DNA from: Paraspadella gotoi
Lineage: Eukaryota; Animalia; Chaetognatha
DNA length: 64,000 bases
Assembly (NCBI GenBank): GCA_051294375.1
Contig: CM119264.1
Coordinates: 5,651,810 to 5,715,809 of the forward strand
Reading direction: 5' to 3'
Every line of letters starts with the position of its first letter. The stretch's first letter is position 1. A program made the translations under genes and the position numbers. Under the pieces are notes generated by a model. That model did not search any database, was not told where the DNA came from, and worked only from the letters and a program-made list of their open reading frames with translations. Positions 26,574 through 39,745 of this stretch are shown piece by piece.

Positions 26574-29500
26574 AACGAACTCATTTTATGCGACCGAAAA
26601 AAAGGTGAGGCATCCAACGAGAGGCGAGTTTCTTCCACGAAGACGCGAGCTGCTCTTTTGTTTATATCTCTTTCTGGAAACAAACAGAGGCGAATAATGG
26701 GAAATAGACGTGACCGTTCTGCGACCACGCACCAACACCAAGCGAGATACGCTTGGCTCAAATAACAAAAAAGGACAAAAAAGGAAGAGGCATTCAATTT
26801 GGAGGAAAGGGGAACAAGTTCACCGAACTCCAAGTTTCACAAGTCGAAAAAACGCAAATCACAAACGACAAGAGAAAACAGTATTTTTTTTTCTTTGGTT
26901 TATTATCGTACTCTTAAAAAAAAATGCAAGACCAAACAACCGAAGTTTCCAAGACCGAGTCTTACTCTTTGCCACCAAGAGTTCAATGTCGTTCTCGAAT
27001 ATTCTTTAGATCAAAATTCTGAAAAAAAAAAAATAAAGAAAGAAAAAGTTTCGAAAAGAATCGTTTTTTTTCACTCTAATCTCATTAATCAAAGCTTAGT
27101 TTCCCTCGCAAGTCGAACAGATTGCATGAGGATCGGCACAAAACTGGGATTTAAAGAATTGTTTTGCTTACCCAATCCTCTTCCTCAGTTTTCTACTCTT
27201 CTTTTTTCGCTCGGTGTTTTTTTTTTCTCCTTTTTTTAATCTCGAATTACCCTTTTTGTTATTTTCTATCTTTTCCGCCATCCTTTATTTTTTTCAATTC
27301 TTTAATATGTTTCTTTATTTTTTTACCCCTCTTTTCTTTTTTTTTTTTTTCACCTACGATTTTTTTAGCTTTTATTCTTTTTTTTTATTTGTTATTTTCT
27401 TGGTTTTTTTTTTATGTTTTTCTTTCACCTTTTACGTTGGATATTTTAAACACTTTTTTTCGTGCTCACTTTTTTGTTTGCACCTGTTCGCGATACTTTT
27501 CTTGTCCTTTCATTCATTTTTTTTCACGAAGAACCAGAAGTTCCATTTATATTTTGTATAATTTAAATTGATTAGAAATTATAAATTTTATAAAATTAAG
27601 AGGATGAAAAAGGACTTTCACGTTTGTATAACTTGGTTTGTTCCAGAAAGTTTTTCTATCATTTTCTCATCTTTTTTTCTTTTTTTCCTCATCGATTCTT
27701 CCTCGTATAATCATTTGTCATCCTTTTCTGTTCATTGTAACGCCCGCAGCGGCCGCCACAGCCGCCGCTGCCGCTGCCAGAGCCGCCGCGCCACCAGGCG
27801 AGAAAAGGCGGGCGAGGGAAGACGAGACCGACGACGCGAACGACGAACATGACGTCACGATAATGGGACCGCGGAACGAAGCANNNNNNNNNNNNNNNNN
27901 NNNNNNNNGAGAGAGAGACGACCGGAGGCGTGTTTGACGTCTGCCGCTTCCACGTTGTCTCATTTAAAACCGGAAATGTCGTGAGGGGGCGCAAAGAATC
28001 GTGCAATCCCCCTTTTGCGTCTGCGTGTATCTTCCTCACCCTGCAGCCTCACCTCTGCCTCTGCCACTCAAACTAAAACTCCTGCGATTTTTATAATAAT
28101 AAAAGTACAAAAAATCTACAAAAAAATAGTAGTTTACTTTCGAAAATAAATCCGATGAGAATCTCATCTTTTTGGTTTATTCATTGTTCCATTTCTCTTT
28201 TTGTCTTTTCTCTCTTTTCTTTCCTCCCATTTTCTTTTTATAATTTTTATCCTTTCTCCTTCAATCTTCTCTTTCTTCTTCCTTTCACTTCTTTTCTCTC
28301 TTTTACTCTTTTCTCTCTTTTCTTTCCTCCCATTTTCTTTTTATAATTTTTATCCTTTCTCCTTCAATCTTCTCTCTCTTCTTCCTTTCACTTCTTTTCT
28401 CTCTTTTACTCTCTTCCTCTCCATCTCTATTTGTACTGATCTCTCTTCGTCCCTTACTGTTTTTTTCCCTTTCCTTCTATCCTATACTTTATCTCACTCC
28501 CCCTTTCTCTTTCACTCCCTCTCCATCTCTCCCTCTCACTCTCCCTCTCCTACTCACCTTCTCCCCCTCGCGACAGAATCCTTCATTCGATTCATTCATC
28601 TTTTCCTCTCTCTCTCTCTCTCGCTATCCCTCTCTCCTCTGCAATCCTCTCTCTCTCTCTCTCTCGTCTCCTCTCTCTCTCTCCTCGTCTCTTGCTTCTT
28701 GATTACAGCTGATTGCTTCGTTTTCCGGCTCATACCATGTATCGTGACGTCATCGTCGTTCTCGTCGTCTTCTTCCTGCGCTTTTCTCGCCTGGTGGCGG
28801 CGGCGGCTCTGGCAGCGGCAGCGGCGGCTGTGGCGGCCGCTGCGGGCGTTACAATGACAGAAAGGATGAATGATTATACGAGGAAGAATCGATGAGGAAA
28901 AAAAGAAAAAAGATGAGAAAATGATAGAAAAACTTCTGAACAAACAAGTTAACAAACGTGAAAGTCCTTTTTCATCCTCTTAATTTTATAATTTATAAAT
29001 TTCTAATCAATTTAAATTATACAAAATAAAATGGAAACTTCTGGTTCTTCGTGAAAAAAATGAATGAAAAGAAAGAAAAGTATCGCGAACAGGGTGCAAA
29101 CAAAAAAGGAGCACGAAAAAAATGGTTAAAAATATCCAACGTAAAAGGGTGAAAGGAAAAACATAAAAAAAAACCAGAGAAAATAACAATAAAAAAAAAG
29201 AATAAAAGCTTAAAAAAATCGTAGGTGAAAAAAAAAAAAGAAAAGAGGGGTAAAAAAAATAAAGAAAAATAAAGAATTGGAAAAAAATAAAGATGGCGGA
29301 AAAGATAGAAAATAACAAAAAAGGTAATTCGAGATTAAAAAAAGGAGAAAAAAAAACCCAGAGCGAAAAAGAAGAGTAGAAACTGAGGAAGAGGATTGGG
29401 TAAGCAAAACATTCTTTAATCCCAGTTTGTGCCGATCTCTGCAACTCTGTTCGACTTGCGAGGGGAAACTAAGCTTGATTAATGAGATTTAGAGGGAAAA

Positions 29501-29993
29501 AAAACCGATTCTTTCGAAACTTTTTCTTTCTTTATTTTTTTTTTTTTCAGAATTGAATCTAAAGAATATTCGAGAACGACATTGAACTCTTGGTGGCAAA
29601 GAGTAAGCTCGGTCTTGAACTCGGATTGTTTGGTCTTGCATTTTTTTTTTAAGAAGTACGAATAATAACCAAAGAAAAAAAAACTCTGTTCTCTTGTCGT
29701 TTGTGATTGCGTTTTTCGACTTGTGAAACTTGGAGTTCGGTGACTTGTTCCCCTTTCCTCCAAATTGAATGCCTCTTCCTTTTTTGTCCTTTTTGTTATT
29801 TTTTGAGCCAAGCGTATTCTTCGCTTGGTGTTTGGTGCGTGGTCGCAGAACGGTCACGTCATTTCCCATTATTCGCCCTCTGTTGTTTCCAGAAAGAGAT
29901 ATAAACAAAAGAGCAGCTCGCGTCTTCGTGGAAGAAACTCGCCTCTCGTTGGATGCCTCACCTTTTTTTCGGTCGCATAAAATGAGTTCGTTT

Positions 29994-30220
29994 AAAATAA
30001 AAGTTCTGTGGCAACGGGAAGATTGCCTGGGATGCGCAGGGCGCGGGTTAACTCACCAACTGGCGCAGAGCCTGCGGACCATCAGTGACCGATTCCTGGC
30101 ACTGGCATGTTTAAACCGGCTCCGTCACATTTAAGCCGGAACCGGTATACCCAGGGATTGAACCCGGGACGCACGGTTGTAACGAGATAATTTAGCCTGC
30201 TCAGCCATTGAGACGAGGGC
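29994..30220 (-). mobile_element. Inverted redundant copy of the 26343-26573 element
   Basis: Reverse complement of the same sequence within the inverted duplication. Confidence 0.6.
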
Positions 30221-30791
30221 GACGACGGCAGCAAGGCAGCTTTAAGTCGTGCTGCCAGAGTTCCACTTTTCTCAGCACTTCACACCTTGCGCGACTTGAG
30301 ATTGATCAGCTTTGCTCGGCTTAAGTGAAGAGCTCAAATTACATATAATCTTCAAACCAACTTATAGGTTTCACCTCGATATTTCTCTCACCACGTTTCA
30401 CGGCGTTTCGTGTTTACGCCATAATATTGTTGTGTCACCCATTTTCTCAAAAAAGAGTCACATGCTCTGTCGGTATTTGAAACCATGTCAAGTCTCAGTT
30501 TCCTACGTGATTTTTCTTAAATCAAATTCCATCGCCTGGGAGTTTTTCACACAAATCACCTGGCGTGATTCTCGGTCTCCTCTCACAAAATCACGAAATC
30601 AAATTTCAAATCCGTTAATCTTGAATCACGTTAATCTTTTTACTCGCGAAATCCCGAAGCCACGATTCGTAGTACTTTTCTTACACTTCGCGTCACGTGA
30701 CTTTTCTCACAGCCCAAAGTCACGTGACGAGCTCTGAAGGGGAATCGCAGGTGTCTCTCCATTTTCATCGTTTTTTTCTTAATGGAACTTC

Positions 30792-30825
<34 letters not shown>

Positions 30826-30850
30826 NNNNNNNNNNNNNNNNNNNNNNNNN

Positions 30851-31885
30851 CATTCGGTCGGTCGGTCGGTCGGTGGGTCGCGTCGGGTCCGCGTCGGTGT
30901 GGTCGGATCGGTCGGTCGGTCGGTCGTTCGGTCGGTCGGTCGGTCGGTCGGTCGGTCTGTTCGGGTCGGTCGGTCGGTCGGTCAGGTCGGTCGCGTCGGT
31001 CGGGTCGGTCGTCGCTCGGTCAGGGTTACAGTTGTTCGGTCGGTCGGTCGGTCGGTCGGTCGGTCGGTCGGTCGGTCGGTCGGTCGGTCGGTTCGGTCGG
31101 TCGGTCCGGCTCGGTCGGTTCTGTCGTCGCGTCCGGTCGCGGGTCGGTCGCGTCGGTCGGTCTTACGTTAAACATGCATATGCATTGTCATAAATAACAT
31201 GGGCTAAGAATGTTTTTCGTCATAGGTATTGTTATGTCATGTCATTGAGAAAATATAAAGTCACTGCGCGCAAACACATAGGAATTACCGTTCTTGTTAT
31301 ATATTCTAATTATGTTATTTTTGCCATTACTACGTCGAATTAAATACATATAACGGATCCTTCACCTTCGAATTCCCAAATCGCCCATCAGGTTCGCTGT
31401 TATAAAACTTGAGCGAAGCGGTCAGCGGAAAAAAATAAAAAATCCCGGCCGCCAAAGCGCATTCGCTTCGCAATAACGAATCGATGTTTGTTTCACAAAC
31501 TCACCGGTTAACGATTTTAAAAAATTTTCACTTTTTTTATTTCGATTTTCCTTTTTCACCAACCCCACCACAAAACCGCGACTCTCAAACCCGCCCACCT
31601 TCGGCCGACACCCTTCATTCCCTCCACCCTACACCCGTTCAACACTCAAAGCGAGTTGTGTCGAACGTCACGGAATGCATAACGATGACAAACGAGTTTT
31701 TTTCCTTTTTTTCCGCCTAGGTGGAGATCCATGAATTCATTGGATTCATGAAAATGGGCGGAAAACCTTCGTCCCACAAAAAAAAAGCGTAAGTTTCCTC
31801 GCAACGACTTTTTTTTCTCCTCTAATATGACGGACGACCGTCGACCGTCCTGAGTCAGAAACGAGACGGTAATGTTCGCCGGGGA

Positions 31886-31922
<37 letters not shown>

Positions 31923-32002
31923 GACGACGAAAGCGAACGGGAAAGATAACCGAAGACGCGCGACGAAAAAGCGTGTGAATAATAAAAAGTTCGCAACCAA
32001 GG
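30851..32002 (+). repeat. Direct redundant copy of ~24740-25692
   Basis: Same sequence from GGTCTTACGTTAAACATGC to AAAAGTCGCAACCAAGG, with indel noise. Confidence 0.88.
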
Positions 32003-32082
32003 AGGATCTCTCTCTCTCGACGCAGCAAAAAAACGAGAGAGAGATAAAGGCTTCAATGATGGTTATGGTTATTTCCACCTCC

Positions 32083-32360
32083 GGACGAAACTCGGGCGCC
32101 GCGATTTCTCGACGGAAGAGACTCGGGCGCCGCGACTTCTCGATGGGTGAAACTCGGGCGCCATGAATTTTCTACAAAAGAGACTCGGGTGCTGTGATTT
32201 CTCCAGAAATAAGGACTCGGGCGCTGTGATTTCTGAATGAATGAGATTCAAGCACTGCAATTTCTTGACGGAAAAGACTCGGGCGCCGAGTTTTATTTAC
32301 GGATAAGACTCTGGCGCCGCGATTTCTATGCGGATGTGATTCGGGCACCTCAATTTCTTG
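32083..32360 (+). repeat. ~31-33 bp minisatellite with ACTCGGGCGCC(G)CGATTTCT core, ~9 degenerate copies
   Basis: The core recurs at ~32090, 32121, 32152, 32183, 32216, 32277, 32308 and 32341. Confidence 0.8.
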
Positions 32361-32854
32361 GTGGACTTGTTCAATTCAGACTTTCGGTTCCGAAAAATCC
32401 GTCTTCATTTGTAAAGTTACAATAAATTTAGTCAATCTGTATAAAAGCAGTTTTACTCTAAGTTTGAGTTAAAATCATTTATCTTTTACGCCACCAGAAT
32501 ACGCCTTTCATTGTTTTTTATTTTATTTTTTTGCAGTTGAACCGGAATTCTCTATAAGAACCACTGATTTTGATTTTGTGAGCTTCCCTAAATAGATTTT
32601 TCTCTCTCTCTCTCTCTCTCTCNNNNNNNNNNNNNNNNNNNNNNNNNNNNNNNNNNNNNNNNNNNNNNNNNNNNNNNNNNNNNNNNNNNNNNNNNNNNNN
32701 NNNNNNNNNNNNNNNNNNNNNNNNNNNNNNNNNNNNNNNNNNNNNNNNNNNNNNNNNNNNNNNNNNNNNNNTCGGGTCAATTTCGTTAATCTTTGGTAAA
32801 CGATATCTTTCTCAAGTTGCCGTCGTGAACGCGACGACGACGACGACGAAGTTA

Positions 32855-32891
<37 letters not shown>

Positions 32892-35029
32892 TATTATGGG
32901 AAATGATTTTCCGTTGACCGCAACAAGTTTTTTCTTCGCGACTCAATAACAACACGAAATCCATCAACTCAATCTTGAAGATGATAACGAACTCATGAGG
33001 GAGAGAAGAGTGTGTCNNNNNNNNNNNNNNNNNNNNNNNNNNNNNNNNNNNNNNNNNNNNNNNNNNNNNNNNNNNNNNNNNNNNNNNNNNNNNNNNNNNN
33101 NNNNNNNNNNNNNNNNNNNNNNNNNNNNNNNNNNNNNNNNNNNNNNNNNNNNNNNNNNNNNNNNNNNNNNNNNNNNNNNNNNNNNNNNNNNNNNNNNNNN
33201 NNNNNNNNNNNNNNNNNNNNNNNNNNNNNNNNNNNNNNNNNNNNNNNNNNNNNNNNNNNNNNNNNNNNNNNNNNNNNNNNNNNNNNNNNNNNNNNNNNNN
33301 NNNNNNNNNNNNNNNNNNNNNNNNNNNNNNNNNNNNNNNNNNNNNNNNNNNNNNNNNNNNNNNNNNNNNNNNNNNNNNNNNNNNNNNNNNNNNNNNNNNN
33401 NNNNNNNNNNNNNNNNNNNNNNNNNNNNNNNNNNNNNNNNNNNNNNNNNNNNNNNNNNNNNNNNNNNNNNNNNNNNNNNNNNNNNNNNNNNNNNNNNNNN
33501 NNNNNNNNNNNNNNNNNNNNNNNNNNNNNNNNNNNNNNNNNNNNNNNNNNNNNNNNNNNNNNNNNNNNNNNNNNNNNNNNNNNNNNNNNNNNNNNNNNNN
33601 NNNNNNNNNNNNNNNNNNNNNNNNNNNNNNNTTTTTTTTTTCTTTCTTTCTTTTAACGAATTTTATTTCTTAATTTTTCTTTTCATTTGGAACTAAAGAA
33701 GTTGAGACTAATTTTTTTTTTCCATTTTCTTTTTAAATTCAACTATTTATCTTTAATAAAAACTTCTTGAAGCGAAGATAAATTTTAGATTTTTTTTGCA
33801 ACCAAACATTTGCAATTCCTTCGCTTTAAATTTATTTCTGCAACAATTTTACGGAAGAAACTCACCTCCCTTTATTTCTACGTTTATGTAAATTTTAAAA
33901 CGTTTCTAAGTTTACTTACCTTTGAGGGAGAAGATTGCGTCCGACAGGAGACAAAGAGAGAAAATAGTAAAAAATAAAGTAATGAATTAAATAACCGAGT
34001 TACAAGAATTGACTCTGTAGAAAAAACTTGGAGAGAAGAAGAAAAAAACCCCCGTCCTTTGATCTTTGGCGCTAATGGGGCGATGTTAATGTCAAAATGA
34101 CGGAGTAGAGAGAACAAAGAATGAAGAGATGGAGGAATATGAAAAGTTGGAAGAAGAAANNNNNNNNNNNNNNNNNNNNNNNNNNNNNNNNNNNNNNNNN
34201 NNNNNNNNNNNNNNNNNNNNNNNNNNNNNNNNNNNNNNNNNNNNNNNNNNNNNNNNNNNNNNNNNNNNNNNNNNNNNNNNNNNNNNNNNNNNNNNNNNNN
34301 NNNNNNNNNNNNNNNNNNNNNNNNNNNNNNNNNNNNNNNNNNNNNNNNNNNNNNNNNNNNNNNNNNNNNNNNNNNNNNNNNNNNNNNNNNNNNNNNNNNN
34401 NNNNNNNNNNNNNNNNNNNNNNNNNNNNNNNNNNNNNNNNNNNNNNNNNNNNNNNNNNNNNNNNNNNNNNNNNNNNNNNNNNNNNNNNNNNNNNNNNNNN
34501 NNNNNNNNNNNNNNNNNNNNNNNNNNNNNNNNNNNNNNNNNNNNNNNNNNNNNNNNNNNNNNNNNNNNNNNNNNNNNNNNNNNNNNNNNNNNNNNNNNNN
34601 NNNNNNNNNNNNNNNNNNNNNNNNNNNNNNNNNNNNNNNNNNNNTTTTTTTTTTCGTATTTTCGTGGGTGAAAATTGGAGCCGGGATTGGTTTAATTGAT
34701 ACGACCTTTTATTATTTTTTGTTTTTATATCTTAAAAAGGAATGTAACTTTCCTTCTTTTTTTGGGGGGCAATTGAAAAATATATTGATAAAATACTGAT
34801 ATTTAATATTAAAGAAAATTCATGTCATTACAATTGCGGAGCAAAAGTAAAGTTAAAAACTCATCGTTGAATATGAATTAAACGTTTCTTTCGACAGATT
34901 TAATCAAAAGATGGAAATTAATTTTTAAACTTTTCTTTCTATTAAATCCTATTTCTTTTCTTTCAAAATCTTTCTCGTTGCTCTTTTTGTTTTCCAAAGA
35001 TTTTCTAATTCTCTCTCTCTCTCTTTATT

Positions 35030-35079
<50 letters not shown>

Positions 35080-35576
35080 CTTCTCTCTCTCTTCTCTCTC
35101 TCTCTCTCTCTCCGACCTCAGGTTTTTAGCACTGAAAATTTTCAAAGCTCCTTTCGCGCTTTCCACGCCTGCTTTTCTTTTTCGAGCCTTTTTTAGTTTT
35201 TAAATTTATCTTTCGGAAAATGTAATTTAATTTTATTTTTAATTTAAAACCGTTTTTTTAAAAAGCCCCTCTCTTTTTTAAAATCTCCTTTTTATTTAAT
35301 TGCGTTTCCTCTTCAGAAGATTTTAAACATGAAAATCCCAGCGAAATCAAAAAGAGAAAGGAAAATTGAATCGAGGAATAAACGCGCTAAGACGAAGCGA
35401 GAAACTAGAACAAAGATCAATACCAATACAATACCAATTAAAGAATTCCTTTTTTTTAAAGTTTAGCTCAATAAATCAACTATCAAAAGATATTTAAGAT
35501 TTGTAATAATCCTAAAAATGACTTTTACGACTGCATTTAAGCTTTCCCTTTACTTTTCTTGTTACTTTATTTTTTT

Positions 35577-35650
35577 ATGAAATTGGCACAAGCAATATAA
35601 AAATTATCCATTTCATTTAATAAACATGCTATCTTGCCCCTGACTTTGGA
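35577..35650. mobile_element. Dispersed repeat family A, short copy
   Basis: ATGAAATTGGCACAAGCAATAT...CTTGCCCCTGACTTTGGA matches 42505+ and 55684+. Confidence 0.75.
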
Positions 35651-35859
35651 TAGACTTTTTTCTCAAAATTCCTTCCTTCATCTTTTTCCGCTTTTTAAAT
35701 CAATGTCTCTCTCCTCTTTCCTTTTCTTTTCCTCCTCCTCCTCCTCCTCCTCCTCCTCCTCCTAATCTCCCTCCCCCTGTTTTTCATTTTCTCCACCAGG
35801 TTGTCCTTTCGATGACCTTTTGCCCTCCGCCGCGTCACGTTCGGCTGTCGCTTCCGAGA

Positions 35860-36130
35860 GGCGGGGAACGGCGCCGGCATGGCGTGGGGAGCATGGCATT
35901 GGGAGGGCATGGCGGGGGGATTGTATCAATGGGCTGCGTGGTTCAGGACATGGCATAGTTCGATATGGGGAAAAAGGGCAGCGACGGCAGAGGGCCGTGT
36001 CTAAAAAGAAAATGCCGATTCCGGGCCATGTCGCCTTCAGGGCGTCTGATTGGTGGCCGCTTTATTGGCTGAGACGAATCAATGAATCGCGCGCCCCCTA
36101 GTCTCCCCCCGGCGCATTTTCCAATCACGC
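35860..36130. promoter_or_regulatory. GC-rich promoter-like segment with three CCAAT boxes, a GC box and repeated GCATGGC
   Basis: CTGATTGG at 36046-36053, ATTGG at 36064-36068, CCAATC at 36121-36126, GGCGGGG near 35861; CpG-rich. Confidence 0.4.
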
Positions 36131-36996
36131 GCCCGCTCGACGACTCTTAAAGCGCCGAAGGGGGAAGGGGTGGCGCCAAAGGGCGATGCGGTGCTGCTCC
36201 CCCCCCCGGCGCCGGAACCGCGGGTCGGCAATTTCCGATCGGCGATACACGGAAAACGCCTTTTGAATTCCCTCTTCTCTTCGGCTCCTTTGTCTCCCCC
36301 TTCTTCTTCTTTTCTTCCCATCCCTTTCTCCCCCTTCCTCCCTTCCTTCTCCTCCCTTAAGCTCATTCGCCCTTGCTCTCCTCCCCCTTAAATTCCCTCC
36401 TCCGTTCCCCTTTCCTCCCTTCCTCCCTCTTTCCCCTCTTCCCCTCTGCCTCTCCTTCTCCCCTTTCCTCTCTTCCACCCTCGCCTCCCCCTCACCTCCT
36501 TCCGCTCTTCTTCCCCTTCTCCTCCTTTCCTCCCATTCTCCCTCTCTTCCCTTTTTTCCTCTCTTTCTTCTCCTCCTCTCTGCTTCTTCCTCTTTCCTCC
36601 TCATCTTACTCCCTTCCATTGGTCCCCCTTTTTCTCCTCTCCTTCCCCTCTCCTCGGCTCCTTCCCGATTTCCTCTCTTCCTCCCCTTCTCCCCATTTCC
36701 TCCCCATTTCCACCGGAAATACGAAAGTCGCCGCTCGTCGTAAACAAAGAGGCGTCGCTTCGACGAGGCCCTCGGCGACGTCGAGGCGCTGCGATTTCAA
36801 GATGATGCTCTATGTCTGTCTGTCTGTCTATCCGTCTTTCTTTCTGTCCGTCTGTTTGACCGTCTGTTTGTCTCTCTCATGGCGTTTATCAGTATCTCAA
36901 CCTCACTCCTTTTTTCTCTGTCTCCTCTATCTATGCCTTCTCTATCTTGATCTCTCTCTCTCCTCTCTCTCTCTCTCGTCTCTCTCTCTTCTCTTC

Positions 36997-37042
<46 letters not shown>

Positions 37043-37127
37043 CTTTTTAAAGCGTCGCTTCATTCCTTTCCCGCCCAGTGTTTTCACGACCGCGCTTACT
37101 TGGGCGGGAAGAAAGATGCAGAGACGA

Positions 37128-37159
<32 letters not shown>

Positions 37160-37204
37160 TGAGAGAGAGAGAGACACGAGGAAGAGAGAGAGACGAGAGA
37201 TGAG

Positions 37205-38082
37205 GAAGAACAATAATCCCACCATCCTTTATTTCTGACACACATTATCCGCCTTCCTCTTCCTCATTCTTCCCAACCACCCAGTGATTTACTTACCCGA
37301 GTTATTCTTCATCTTTGAAAACATTTTTCACTCGCCATCTCAACGTTTATACATAAATCCTAGATGTCATTTCATCGTCGCGTTGTATCCGTTTTTTTCT
37401 CTCCGCTTTCTCCGATAACTTGGTCCTCGTATTTTCTTTTGACAAAATATTTTTTTACGATATCTTTTCGCTCTTTTCTGATCGTTTATTCCCAGAAATT
37501 TAAATTTAATTTTTATAACTTAATATATTCTAAATATCCTTAATCCAAATCATTAACGTATTCCTAATCCTTACCTCAAACATAATCTAATCGCTACTCT
37601 AAAACCGTTTTTCCCTAATTTCAACCCCAAACCCCAACCATAATTCCAAACTTAAGTCACTAACTTCAATATAACTAAATTTTATAAACCTAATCTAAAC
37701 CCAACCCAAAACTCCAAACCTAACCCAAAAACCAAACCCTTAACCCAACCACCTAAACCAAACCTTACCTTTTACCAAATATTTTAATCAAAAATCCCAA
37801 AATGGGGGTTCTGGCAAAATAAGGCCACCAACTTTTACGTCTATGGACTCAGTTTTCCCTCTTCCTCCTCCTTTTTAAAATTCCCCTTATAATCTTTTTA
37901 AATCCCATTAACCTTTTTATAAATCCTTTTAAAATCCCTTTACCCTCCCCCTCCCCTTTTTTCCTCTTCCCTTCTTTTAATTCTGGCTCCAGGAATAATC
38001 TCACTATTTTTTTTCATTGCTTGTTGTCTGAAATAAATGGTCTTGTACACTTAATCGTATTCCCGACTTCTCGTCTGTCCTA

Positions 38083-38123
<41 letters not shown>

Positions 38124-39050
38124 NNNNNNNNNNNNNNNNNNNNNNNNNAAATAATCCCACCATCCTTTATTTCTACAAACCCCTTTTCGCTCTGTCGCTC
38201 ATCTTCCCAACCCACGTGATTTACTTACCCGAGTTATTCTTCATCTTGAAAACATTTTTCACTCGCCCATTCAACGTTTATACTAAATCCTAGAATGTCA
38301 TTTCATCGTCGCGTTGTATCCGTTTTTTCTCTCGCTTTCTCCGATAACTTGTCCTCGTATTTTCTTTTGTACAAAATATTTTTTTACGATATCTTTTTCG
38401 GCTCTCTTTTCTGATCGTTTATCCCAGAATTTAATTTAAATTTTTTTTAAACTTATATATATTTCTAATACTAATCCTTAATCCAAATCATTAACGTATT
38501 CCTAATCCTTACCTCAAACATAATCTTAATCCCTAACTCTAAACCGTTTTCCCTAATTTCCAACCCAAACCCCAAACCCTAATTACAAACTAAGTCACTA
38601 ACTTCAATAACTAAATTTATACCTAATCTAAACCCTAACCCAAACCCAAACCCTAACCCAAAACCCAAACCCTAACCCTAACCCCTAAACCAAACCTTAA
38701 CCTTTTACCAAATATTTAAATCAAAAATCCAAAATGGGGCGTTCTGGGAAAATAAGGCCAACTTTTCGCTATGGACTCATTTTCCCTCTCCTCCCCCTTT
38801 TTAAATTCCCCTTATAAATCTTTTAAATCCCTTTTATAAATCTTTTAAATCCCTTTTATAAATCTTTCCCCCCTCCCCCTTTTTTTCCTCTTCCCTTCTT
38901 TTAATTCTGGCTCCAGGGAATCTCATATTTTTTTTCTTGCTTGTTGTCTGACATAGAATGGTCTCACTTAATCGTATTCCCACTCTCTCGTCTTCCTCTC
39001 TCTCTCTCTCATCCTGCTCTCTCTCTCTCTCTCTCTCTCTCCTTCTCTCT
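37205..39050 (+). repeat. Tandem redundant ~900-bp copies on either side of the 25-N gap at 38124-38148
   Basis: AATAATCCCACCATCCTTTATTTC... is repeated at ~37212 and ~38150, with indel-type differences. Confidence 0.88.
38380..38759 (-). mobile_element. MITE-like element filled with degenerate TTAGGG repeats (redundant copy at ~37450-37826)
   Basis: CCCTAA/CCCAAA array at ~38500-38702; the end 38731-38759 matches the reverse complement of 61661-61689 at 22/29 nt. Confidence 0.55.
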
Positions 39051-39699
39051 CTCTGTTCAGGATTCGCATTTATTTAACCGAATCTCTCAAATCTAAATTT
39101 CGGCTTTATAATTCAGATTTCGAAATAGCTAAGACTAGCAAGGTAGTGTGCATGAATGCGTGTGCGGTGCCCATACTAAATCCTCATCTCTCATACAAAA
39201 TCCTATTCTGCATCTCGATAAAGATTAAGAGAAAAAAGAAACTAACTCCCAAGGTTCGATTACTCGCTTGCCTCTGTTGCTCTCTCTCTCTCTCTGTCTC
39301 CCTCTCTCACTCTTTCTCTGTCTGTCTCTCTCTCTCTCTCTCTGTTTCTCTCTCAGTCTCTCTCACTCACTCTCTCTCACTCTCACTCTTTCTTTCTTTC
39401 TCTCTCTCCCCCGCTGCGAGTTTACTTTTTCTCGCCTCAACTGGAGTCGATGTTTGCTTTGTCGCGGAATGGAAACCGACGACAACGACGACAACGACGA
39501 CAACGACGACGACGACGACGAAAAAACGACGACAGAGAAGACGACAACAACAACTATAGGGGGAATTAGACGCTCTGTCGCCATCGTCGTCGTCACTTTT
39601 ATCGTCGCTATTTAAAAAAAAATATAATTATGAACTGGAGTTTTTATGAGTTTCCGCATCGACGTCTCTTAATTCCCTCTCTGTCTCTCTCTCTCCTCT

Positions 39700-39745
<46 letters not shown>

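Larger units (their letters stand above)
25715..30825. repeat. ~2.1-kb inverted duplication (25715-27883 vs ~28700-30825), probably an assembly artefact
   Basis: The arms are reverse complements differing by small indels and end at 25-N gaps (27884-27908, 30826-30850). A third noisy copy of part of it lies at ~5575-6200, inside the satellite. Confidence 0.85.

Noticed and set aside
25715-30825. Large palindrome as a foldback transposon or amplification structure
   Set aside because: The arms end at 25-N gaps and differ by read-type indels; an artefact is more parsimonious.
32083-32360. CRISPR-like array (also considered 2866-2984 and 18922-19510)
   Set aside because: The units are tandem with no unique spacers, there are no cas genes, and the context is eukaryotic.
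37560-38702. CCCTAA tracts as a chromosome end or fusion point
   Set aside because: Short, degenerate, internal, and bounded by a motif shared with the element at 61661-61897.
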